DNA of 64,000 nucleotides from Ophelia neglecta (Eukaryota): NCBI GenBank assembly GCA_965285935.1, contig OZ260667.1, positions 10,416,001-10,480,000 of the forward strand, in the 5' to 3' direction. The position numbers were made by a program, and so were the translations under genes. Shown in pieces: positions 1 through 10,800 of the stretch. The notes under the pieces are model-generated. The model was not told the origin of the DNA, searched no databases, and saw nothing but the letters and a program-made list of their open reading frames with translations. Each line of letters opens with the position of its first letter. Within the stretch, counting starts at the first letter, position 1.

Positions 1-1679
1 AGGAAAAAAAAGGTACAAATCACTTAACCTGACGGAGAGCCAAGATGGACATACATAAATATAAAACAGCGTACAAAAACGGAACATCACATCGGCTAAA
101 ACATAGGGGTGACCACTATCGATATAATTACACCTTATTTCATATTTATTAAAAAGTTCTTGGTTTGGTCAAGGGACAATGGGTTATCAAAGAATTAAAG
201 TTACAACGGGGGCAATACTAGGGGTCAATGAAGACGACCTGCGTGGTACAAGAATAATGTCTGGCCAATGTATGGCATAGCCCGTGTCACACCATTAGCG
301 CTTCCTAATAGGGCCATCATTTTCGTTAAAGTGCCATAACTAGGGCGCTCATTAAAACTCGAAATGCTCTAACTAGGGCCAATACTTTGCGGAGGGGCCT
401 GATATAGAGAAAAACTTCCCCTGAAACGGTGAAAAATTGAAAAAAGGTAAATAGATATTTCAAGTACCTTAACTAGGCTTAAAGATTATCCGAACATTTT
501 AGAGCATATGTGCCCCAATTAGAGCTATTTGTTTTCTCCTTCCGGAAAACCCTACCCTAGAATAATAGGGGAGTAACATAGGCAATGGCTTATGTCGTCA
601 GGCCGCAGTGCACCCACTTGGTGGTTTTAGTAATGACATCATATATATATGTAGCATAACTAGTCCCATATCTCATTCTGAAGCCATTGATACACTAAAA
701 CTAGCGTCCGAGGATTTTATCTTTGTCACACTTTGAGCACTGACTCCCGTGTTTTGTGATCTGACTCGCAACATGAAAAACTGTTGACTACTTTTATTGC
801 AAATGGCATCAATATTTGTTTTGGAATGTTTTATTTTGTTTCCTGTTGTGTACTGTTTGGGAGCTAGAGATAGATTGGTTCATGTGTGGTGCTGTGCCTG
901 CTGGATCCTGATGTTTTCAGACTGATTAATGGACTGCTCTACAATAACGATTTGGTTGTTTCTGCCGTGTATCTACTCCGTTGTATACTATAGATTAGGC
1001 ACATCTCCATGTATATCCATACATGGCCGTGTTTTAAAAGGGCGTCTAAGCGTGTTATTTGTGACAAACTTAAAAAAAGGATCAGGTTTATTGTTTTGAA
1101 TAGATAAAATTCTAGCATGAAAACTTCTTATACTGCCACTGAAAGATTGTATGCAACACAGATGAGCAAATCTGTTGTCTTCGATTACGATCTTGAAATG
1201 TGCTGTTCCTGAATTCACCGATGACTTGTCTTCGACATATAGATTCTTTATTTGTTCATGTACCTATGTACTAACAAGATAGCGTCGTAGAAATGGCGCA
1301 TTTTCGGCTATTGACAACGTGAAAGGTCCACCGTTCAATGCTCTAGACCGAGATAGTCTGCCACAATTTCCCTTTGGTCAATCGTGTCCATTGTACACTA
1401 TTGAGAAAGTCTGCCATCTTATTGTATTTTGTTTTAGTCAATGTTGTAGTTTAATCTGAAAAGGCAATTGATCCATTTGTCCTTTCATATGCGACAAGCC
1501 CGTATGACAAACGTCGAATTTGCGAAATTTCAATTGGGAATTGATAAATTCAGGCAAAATTTGTTGATTCGGGCGCCCCACCCAATCACCGCGAACAGAG
1601 CTTGACCCATAAAGTGCCCCTGCGGCAGGGTCGAACGTACTATTTGGGCCCGCAAATGGAACCTGCGTCATCGGAGAAT

Positions 1680-2013
1680 ATATTATGGGAGCGTTTAATC
1701 TTTATCAATGACCTAAAGCGCTTCACATAGATTTAAATGTATACATTTCGGCATAAATTCACATGCAGGTTAGATGCTATGGCAGCATGAAACTAATATC
1801 ATAGGACTAAATTAAATAAATGGGCAAATACAACAATAAATAATAATTACTGCGTGCAATATGTCGGAAAAGATAAAATCAGGTTGGCTATGCTTGTCTA
1901 ATAAGAAACTTGTGATTCGGTAGATTTAAGCGACTCCGGCAAGGGATTCCACAGAGCAGGGCATTTGTCCTAAAACTACGATTGCCACTCTTTTTTGTTT
2001 TTGGCACCACGAG
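1680..2013 (-). mobile_element. L2-clade LINE 3' fragment
   Basis: The minus strand reads LVVPKTKKSGNRSF...PALWNPLPESLKS with one frameshift, matching the L2 ORF2 C-terminal LxVP..GxRxF..PxLWNxLP signature. An L2-type 3' end (tgtgaagcgctttagg...aaacgct) follows. Confidence 0.6.
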
Positions 2014-2378
2014 AAGAAATATGGGGGGGGGGGGGCGCCTCTCTTTTGTAGTGAGTGAACCTGCCGTGTCTCAGCCGTGAAATGGGTGTCAATTTATCAA
2101 CTTTTATCTGTGATGAATACCTCATTATTGAACATGGTCATGCACAAATATTCATGGTCTTTAAATTATTATAAGGACTGGATCAATTTGGTTTTAAAAC
2201 ATGGATAGGCTGGGCAAGGAGTGTTGTCAATTCTGACTAGTTCGGTCGCATGTAATCCACTTGTTTACTTCGTATTCTCGTGTTAACAACACTCGTTGTT
2301 CTAACTCTGTGTTTAACAGAAATCCCAATGTTAACCTCTACTCACATATTATGGCCCCTAGCCATTTCCATCAATTAA

Positions 2379-3648
2379 AGCCGTGGTCACATTCCGCCGT
2401 ACTTGCAAGTGCGTGCTGTCTACTTGCAAAAACGTGGGCAAAATTTGGGGATTCGTACGTGGTGAGTACCGCCTCAGTACGGATTTGGGAGCACGCAGGG
2501 CAACACACATACGCCGTAGAAACTTTAGTGCATGAGGAACTTTCGCTGCGGTCGGCCCACGGAAAAAAAGGTCAATATATAAACCTGCCTTATAGACCAC
2601 CTCTATAATCAGATCACCTGCCAATTCAGACCACTAATAGGAGTTCCATGATGTAAACTTTCAATGTTGAATAACCTGTCAAACAGACAATCTCCAAAAT
2701 CAAACCACCATTGTCCAGTCCCTTTGGTGGTCTTAATTCACAGGTTTCACTGTATATATATATGTTATGTTGGTTGTTTTCCGACTAAATGTTGTTCAAA
2801 TAGCTGTATAACACCACAGTAATTCAACTGTCCTCGTCATGAAGCGATGTACTGGATTAATTTAAAAACCGGACCCATACTACGATATTTCTAGTAATGC
2901 TTTATATATAAAATGCCATATTAGAGAATACTATCCGGGGCTTGTAGGAAACTATATTATTGTAAACAAAACGGAAATAATAATGAATATAACAAGAATG
3001 TTTTAAAATTAAATAATAATCAACGAACAAATGACAATGAAGTCGAAGAAAACAAATGAAGGCAACCGACAATAATTTTCGGGTAAGAGATACACATTGT
3101 GGGTCTGCCGTAACTAGCCAAGTAATGCCGTTTTGCGGTAGTATTCTGCCACCTGAAGCTGTGCTTGAAGCACGAGAAACCGAAGTCTCTGGGGTGGAAT
3201 GGCCGGCATCTTGACCGCTTGCCCTTCTGGAGAACCTAGGACGGTCGACCCCTATATACCCCGTAGATATCGGGGAAAAAACTCGCGTTAATCGCACTTG
3301 CGTCAATTACAAGGCGCGTGCGAGTACGGACACCGTACGCGAGGAGCACGTGTATTTACGGCCTGCGTACGATTACGTGGCAATCGCACGGAGACTGTAC
3401 GTTGTAAGCACTTTGTAAGTACGTACAACTTACTTACCACGTGCGCGTGTACGATTGCATGCAACCGCCAGGCGTGGCGTGTGGGCCACGAACTTACACC
3501 TTGCGCAACCGTGCGCTTGACGTGCGTTGAAATGCTCCCTCCCTGCTGTTGCCACTCTCTCCCCACGTTTTAAGAAAAAAGTGACAGCCGTGGCCTCCCG
3601 AAAAACCGTACGGACAAAATAGACGCACGGTGGCATGTGAGCAAGGCT
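2379..3648. mobile_element. PIF/Harbinger-like non-autonomous element (or two fragments of one family)
   Basis: Imperfect 24-bp TIRs: agccgtggtcacattccgccgtac at the left and gcacggtggcatgtgagcaaggct at the right (19/24 complementary). Flanked by TAA/TTA. Both ends have CpG-rich cgtac/cacg subterminal sequence. Confidence 0.45.
2579..2752 (+). mobile_element. MITE family A (CAGTGAAACCTG TIR, Tc1/mariner-pogo type), left end eroded
   Basis: Internal sequence matches the 14459 and 63433 copies; right TIR caggtttcactg followed by TA. Confidence 0.8.
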
Positions 3649-3819
3649 TTACTCATATGACTACGATTAATGCAATATAATGTTTCCATGGTGTTATGTT
3701 TACCTTATGCTATACCAGTTCACTTTTCTTGCATCTTGCTTCTGCACATTAAACCTATTCCTAGTTTACTCTTCATTTGTTTCTGCGTGTACTTTTTCCA
3801 TCCAATAAATTCACTTTTA

Positions 3820-4680
3820 AACTGAACTGAACTGTACTGAAATGAACTGAACTTTTATTTAACCAAATTAATACAAATTATAACATTCAAAAAAAAGTAA
3901 TATAATCCAACCATAATGTTACACAAAGACAATTATTAACAAAATAAGTATTCACAATGGAGTGTGTAGTTCGGTTGGGAGACCCCCACTAAGTCCCAAT
4001 GGACGCTACCATGAGGGCCACCCAGAAAAAAATAAATATATACAGCTTATTATGTATTATGGAGGAGGACTAGAAAGTTGATATAGTAAAACAAAAGTAC
4101 AATAGCGAGTATCACAATAAAAGAGGAACATTAACTTAAACAAGTATGCACTTAATACAATATGAATTTAAAATTGATAATTAAATATATCACAGATTGT
4201 TAACAAGGAGATAGCAGACCAGGGGCAAATACAAGAAGTACAGTTAGGGTAGCATGACGGATTCACAGTGTGTACTAATATTAAGACATTCTATGATTAC
4301 CAGTTAATCACGGAGGCTGCGCAGCCCTAAGGCATACATAACAGTTGTCAATTTCACATGTAATAAAATAGGTATTAATAATAAAAGATTTGATATAAGA
4401 ACAAAAACTTGGAAAAATAAGAACGTAAGCCATTTGCTTAATGTGATCTGGGATTTCATTCATCTCAGAGACGAGTTGATACCGAAGACATTTCATGGCA
4501 AAGTTATGCCTCACAAAAATTTGATAGAATCGAGATCTATTCCTGGTGTCTTGTTCATGCAACTCAGAGGCTATGCGTAAGTTAAAGTCACTGAAATATG
4601 TTGGAATGCTATTGTGTATGTACTTGTGATAGAATTTAAGAATATTAGTTTTGTAAATATCAGTAAGAAAATCAGTTTTA
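3820..4680 (-). mobile_element. 5'-truncated LINE (L2/Crack/CR1 group): ORF2 C-terminus plus 3' UTR and tail
   Basis: ORF 4308..4775 contains DIYKTNILKFYHKYIHNSIPTYF...HEQDTRN...CEIDNCYVC, typical of the post-RT C-terminus. AATAAA (plus-strand tttatt, 3854-3859) is followed by a (TTCAG)n tail. Confidence 0.75.
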
Positions 4681-4846
4681 AATGTAAATAGAGCCGACCC
4701 CATCTTAATGGTATGGGCCAGTTTAAATCTGGGCCATGTAGATAGAGTGTCAGTTCTTTGCTTTGAAAACCTCAAACCGGAACCGCCAAAGTTGGACGTG
4801 GGAGAGAGTATATGTAAATAATTCGAACTATTTTAGACAATATTAC

Positions 4847-4898
4847 CTTGTCCCTTTACTGTTGTAATCCATCCAAAAATGAATGTAAGATATAACAT
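4847..4898 (-). CDS. Candidate signal-peptide coding exon A (MLYLTFIFGWITTVKGQ) of a gene extending left of the window
   Basis: Acceptor ctgtttcag| at 4975 and phase-1 donor CAAG|gtaata at 4846. Hydrophobic peptide homologous to the exon at 7798-7855. Confidence 0.4.
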
Positions 4899-5977
4899 TA
4901 TATTTTTAAGGTGATTAATCCATTGTAGATCGTCGTCAGATCGCTTAATCCGAAGTCTAACCTTTTTATGTTGTCTGAAACAGACAGGCGAATTTGCTCA
5001 ATATGATCTTTATTGACGAATTGCTGGTACCTAAACGAACAAGCGATGTTCTTTTCAACAAACGGACGGGGAGGGGGGGGGGACGTGTGGAGGGGGTGGT
5101 GGTGTGGGTTCAAACAGTTTAAACGCCACTATCTCATGTCGAATGATTCTACTCAGAAATGCGGCGTTCCACCTCTATTCCCCAGCCACCATGATAAATA
5201 ATCTTCCCAACATGGTCTTCATTAAAAAAAAACCCCTCCCCCTCCACCCCCCCCCCCCCCTACCCCTCGCTGTGGGGAACATTGAATAGAATCGCCCTAA
5301 CCGAGTTATCCAGCGAAAGACTTACGATTTAGCTTATTTGGGAAGTCTTTTTATCTTGCTTGAACGAATATTTATCCTTGGTCTATCATATCCCCATGGA
5401 AATATCAATATTTATATTGACAATTGTATAAATAAATACTTTATTGATTCTATGTCCGTCTTGTTTGCGATCTTCTTTTATTGCCTGGTGATAACAGGCA
5501 AATTAGGACACAGGTATATAAGAATATATCAATAAGTTGATAATACTGAAGCTGCCAATAAACCTGTCCGTTGTCCGTGCGCCTGTGACAGGGTCGCACT
5601 CTTTCAACAAAGAGTATAGGCAAATAGGGAAGCATATTTGGAATCTGGGGGCTGTGGTTAAGCTAAAATGAAATGGTCGCCACAATGTTGAGAAACACGA
5701 ATATATTAAACATATTTGAATATCGAATCAAATCTAGCCTTAAAAATGAACGGAAAGAAAGAAAACCTATGCCCCATAGGAATGAAAATGAACGATTTCA
5801 ATCAATTTCAATTAAGACAGACAAATGAAGAACTTCTTCTACATAAACGGCTGGCCTTTATATAAAATTATTGACCGTTGAACGGCTGTATATAGTCTGT
5901 CCGCTAATTAAGCTATGTGCATTCAGGCTATTGTTGGTAGAGAAAGTTCAAAGGTCAAATCGGTCAGACTATATCAC

Positions 5978-6108
5978 GTCGGGTAAGGCAGTAGTCGGGT
6001 AAGGCTGTAGTCGGGTAAGGCTGTAGTCGGGTAAGGCTGTAGTCGGGTAAGGCTGTAGTCGGGTAAGGCTGTAGTCGGGTAAGGCTGTAGTCGGGTAAGG
6101 CTGTAGTC
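5978..6108 (+). repeat. 16-bp tandem repeat (gtcgggtaaggctgta), about 8 copies
   Basis: Near-perfect repeat read directly; it accounts for ORF 5964..6179. Confidence 0.95.
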
Positions 6109-6456
6109 TGATAAAAAATTCCGGTTAAATAAATTTCCAATGTTAAATCCACGTAAAAGCGGAAAGTGGCCCTACTCACCTCTGGCTGGCCCTAAATTTT
6201 AAGCATGCAACAGGCCCTACTGAGAGATGCATTTCTGATTATTGGGTAAAGAATGACAATATAGCGCAGTGGCGCATTTTTTGGCAGAGTACGCTTAATA
6301 AACACGCAGTATGCTAATGATGTACTCCAACCTTGACCTCTCCGGTCAAGGTCAAAAAGTTCCGACGCTTAGAATAAAAACATAAATATTACTGAAATAT
6401 TTGGGTAAGTACAGAGGAGTATATAAAACTATATATATCTAGGTGGTTGAATACCA

Positions 6457-6883
6457 TTAAGGAGTAATATCAGTTACGCCATGCTTGAACGTTGAATACG
6501 GTGTGGTACGCCAACCTAGCAATTTGTATGCCCTGAAGCCGAAGGCTGAAGGGCATACAGGTTGCTAGGTTGGCGTACCACACCGTATTCAACGTTCAAG
6601 TATGGCGTTACGGTTTTATCATATACCTAACATATACCTAACAGTAGGAAAAATGTATTGAACTACACCGACTCCCAGTTCATTGTAACAACAGTTTATT
6701 AGATAAATAACAAATAGAACTTGAAGGTGAAGCTGCTATGACGTCATTTAGGGGATTCCCCTCCAACCTTTAAGGTATTCCCCAGGAACTGAGTAATACT
6801 GGATTCCGTCTGAACAATACAAGTTTATATGGTTCAGGTGACTGACCAATCAGTGACTAGGATACTTGTTAGGTATATGATAA
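6457..6883 (+). mobile_element. Crypton/Eulor-like non-autonomous hairpin element 1
   Basis: Long hairpin 6476-6608 centred on GCC-GAA-GGC (6538-6546), plus a 17-bp inverted repeat ttatcatatacctaaca (6616-6632) / tgttaggtatatgataa (6867-6883). Confidence 0.65.
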
Positions 6884-6981
6884 TTATTAATATGTTTGGT
6901 AATTGGTCTAGTTATGTAACATGCTTGTTCTTGTTTTGTGTTGGTGGTCTGATATGGATTGATGCAGTTTAACAAGCATAA

Positions 6982-7693
6982 TATAATATACAACTAAGAA
7001 ACTTCTCCGAGGGGACTAGTCCAAACTATTTGCCCCGAGGGAGGTGACCAGTGAACTATTTCCCGAGACCGAAGGTCGAGGGAAATAGTTCACTGGTCAC
7101 CTCCCGAGGGGCAAATTGTTTGGACTAGTCCCCGAGGGGCATGTTTCATAGTTGTTTTATTATACATCATTGAAAAATCTTTGCACATTTAACATCTCTA
7201 TTGGTTCTATGCTCTAGATAGATCTATAGATTGTTTTACCTATTGTTCCATTACTGCAAACCTTGCCATTATCAGATTATTCAGCTGTTATTGATGTTCC
7301 GGGATCCCGCCGCGTTTGTTTTACGTTCGAAGTAGAGCTATGCGCATGGTTTCGTATTTATTGAACCCGCGTTTTCGGCAACATAGTCCAATTTGAAACG
7401 TGCAAATATATTTGAATAATGTATATTCTTATTTATTATCTTACTTTTTATAAACCTGAAACAATTGACTGTAGTTTGTTTGGAAAATACTAATACGACA
7501 ATAAAAATGGTGGTTTCGTTAGTGAAGTGCGTAAATTAGCCACACGAGGCCGCCACTGTTAGCCATGCGCTAGTTTCACGAACTAGTCCCCGGGACTAGT
7601 TCGTGAAACTAGCGTACGGCTGGGAAACTAGGCGATTCTAACCAACACCATTCAGCCAATCACAGGGCGGGATTTTTCAATGATGTATAATAA
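6982..7693 (+). mobile_element. Crypton/Eulor-like non-autonomous hairpin element 2
   Basis: Hairpin 6982-7164 centred on GACC-GAA-GGTC (7067-7077); perfect 23-bp inverted repeat at 7157-7179 / 7671-7693; second palindrome at 7561-7621. Confidence 0.65.
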
Positions 7694-7797
7694 ATGAATA
7701 TATCAATGATATTAATAAATGGTCATGCCGAAAGGCGTGTTAATGCCGCCAAGGTGAATAAACATATAGGTAAATATACTAAACATTATTAACTTAC

Positions 7798-7855
7798 CTT
7801 GTCCAATAATTCCTGGAATCCACCCATAAAAGACAATAAGAGGTATTAAAACCAT
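7798..7855 (-). CDS. Candidate signal-peptide coding exon B (MVLIPLIVFYGWIPGIIGQ)
   Basis: ATG preceded by an in-frame stop; consensus phase-1 donor CAAG|gtaagt at 7797; candidate acceptor cacttgtcag| at 7947; homologous to exon A. Confidence 0.45.
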
Positions 7856-10800
7856 CTTAATATTATCCTACGCGTCCAATGCGTCCTATGCGTCTCACTT
7901 TTAGTCTATTGTTAAGATCTTTGTATAAGTCCGTCATGTCAATGATCTGACAAGTGTAGATCAGCTTTAATAAACTTTCAGACAGATATGTGGCATCCCA
8001 CACACTGCAGATAGGACAGCCCAACACCGTTTGTAGAAAAGCAGCAACGGCTGTTCCATTAACGAAGTTGGAGAAAGGGTCAATATTTGACACATATTCA
8101 GAACTTTCAAACGCCCCACTCTCTTTTATTTTTCACAGAACTTTCCATTTGAAAGTGCGGAGTAACTCCCCTGTCCGGTGTGGCCAGGGGGTGCTCCCCC
8201 ATACCTTGACAACCTACTATAGAATTAAGAATTACAGGTTATTTAGCCCCCCCCCCCCCCCCCCCCCTTTACAATGAAATCACCCAAACAAGTTATCCAA
8301 CGATCTGCGTTTCAATGAAAGTAACTCATTCCATGTCCTATTTTCAGGCCGGTTTTTCAGTACATATCATATTTCATAAAGGTACATTGTGTTCTTTACT
8401 CGATCATATCCTCAGTGTTAATCAAATTGACAGAAATATGAAAAACTTGAGCAGGTTTACTGGCGTCGCATTAGTTGGCAAATAGGTCCATGCCTAACGT
8501 TTTATGCATGTGTAAACATTGTATCCGTTCACATTAGGCTACGTCAGGTATCAACAGGGATCTTGGCCCAGGCTTGTTAGGAAAGCGTGTTCAAGCGTAA
8601 TGTGCTTATAGGGAAGGACCCGCGATAATTTATCAACTGTTTTGTAATGAGCATGATGATTAGAAAATCACATTAGCTCTGTGTACAGCGAAGTTGTCCC
8701 TATATAAGGCCCATGTACATGTACCTGTCCATTTAAAATTGACGTGCCTTGCTTAACCGGAAATGATTCAGGTTCTTGTATGGTCACGGCATAGGAAGGG
8801 GAACTAGGGGGCAGGGCCCTCTCATGGGCATTGGTAGGTAGAATTAGGGTCAGGGTCCCCTGATTCGGCGAATGAGGGGTCAGGGCCCTCTTATTGGGCG
8901 GTTGTATTTATAGATCAAGGATTTTCAATTTTTTGCAGTTCACAGATGTTTTTTTTAAAACCGTGCTTGTCCAAGGCTGTTGCATTAACTATTCTGATTT
9001 TTTGAATACGTATGTCTTTTGAAAATTCGTATTCAAACAGATGAATGGCAAACCTTCTGTCACTCCGTTATAGAAAGGATCAATCCTGTACATGTGCGAA
9101 AACACATTAATTTTCTTTAGAAATGTTTAAGTATTGATATTCATGGGAAAACACTGACTTTGTTGTCTCAAGGCGTTCTTTGTTTAAATTCTGTCTCAAT
9201 TTATGAACATAAGCCGCATTTATTGAATACATCCGTGGTTCATGGCTTTTAATCAATGTTTTTAAGAAATTCTCTAAGGCAGGGGAAGGGACTAAGGTTT
9301 GGAGGGAGGGGGCGGCGTGAGGTGGGGAGGGATGGCGGACGGCGTGAGGTGGGGAGGGAGGGGGACGGGGTGAGGTGTGGAGTGATGGGATATGTTATAT
9401 TGCAAAGTGCGTTTCACGATTTAGTTTGAATAACCAACATAACCTTTTTCTCTTTATTGTTGAAATGTACCTTACTTTCTCTTTATCAACTCTAAAATCG
9501 TTAGGCGTGTATTTATCTACCCCCCCCCCCCTATTCCCATGTTCATAGTCTCACCCATTACCATTGGCCTTACGTTTTTATTGGTGGACCCGCTATTTAT
9601 TAAGACTACTTCTTTTAAAAGTTTATCGTTAACATATACACATGAATTGACACGTCGTTATATAGGCCTAGGCCTAATGCATTGAGCCCCACATTGACGT
9701 AATTGGCGTAGTAAATGGAAGTAGTATATGAAAGTAGTATAAGTAAGTTCAATAAAGTTGTTTTGGCTGGATCACTTTGATACAAAATGTTAGCCTATGG
9801 GGAAGTTTATATTTGACACATTTTTTAGGGTTCTCAAATTTGACCTTGGCGTCCATTTCAAGGACAATTAGAAGAATCGTTTTCTGCCTATGCTTTATCA
9901 GCTAAAACTAAGTACTACTCTTGAATCTATAATTAACTATACATTATTGCATTTAATGAAGTTTTGAGAAGAGAGAGTGGTATCAGCCATTTGCTCTTGG
10001 CCGTCTAGCCATCAGTTTGCATAGCATTCACATCTAGCTAGGGCTTTATGGTTCAGTTTGTGAGGCTAGTTTGGTGGCATTTGGACTGCATATATATGAT
10101 GATGTGAAACTAGGTGCTTCCCCATGAGGGTGATTCATGGGTATCTTAGGGGATGCCAAATGCTCTGCAAGATCAAACTGACTGGTGCTGTAATAAAGAA
10201 AATTCTGGACATATTGAGTTGCCATGGCAACAGAACCTGTATAGTTTTGTGGATAACTCGATAACCTGTACAACTGTTGGGAGCCTGTGACGCGCTTGTT
10301 TGGATGTATGTCCGCCTCAACAGAGGGTGCATCAAGATATTTATATTAACAATACATGAATATCACTGAGTCCTGCACCATGACAAAGAATTGGTCTGCT
10401 TATGGCCGATAAATGTGATGACAAGAATGTTCATTTATTGGTTGAATAAATGATGATTTCACCATAGACGATAGGCCTACTTAGGTTTAAACTGGGAACA
10501 TGTATTAAAACTGATACCCAATGTTACTAAGGCAGCAGGAACCATATGTGCCTTCAGCTAGGAATATTGCATTCGACGATATGGCCTGCTTCAAGTTGTG
10601 AACTTCAGACAGGTTATTTCTATACATTGTGTGTCTTGCTGTGTGCTTCAATAAACAACGACTTGAAATGATCAATTCGCTGGGCGTTCAGGCCTTGAAA
10701 ATAGCTGAGCATTCACGTATACTGCTTTCGTGTTATGGAATTTCAACTATGCAGTTCAGTAGCGGGATTCAGCAAGTAGTAGTAAATGCTCGCCTCCCAC

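Noticed and set aside
670-1265. Minus-strand coding-like stretch including ORF 988..1218
   Set aside because: Multiple stops, no recognisable family, and its apparent acceptor gives phase 0, which does not fit the phase-1 donors at 4846/7797.
10218-10231. Perfect palindromic RFX X-box GTTGCCATGGCAAC
   Set aside because: Isolated, far from any supported start site, and in a repeat-like context.
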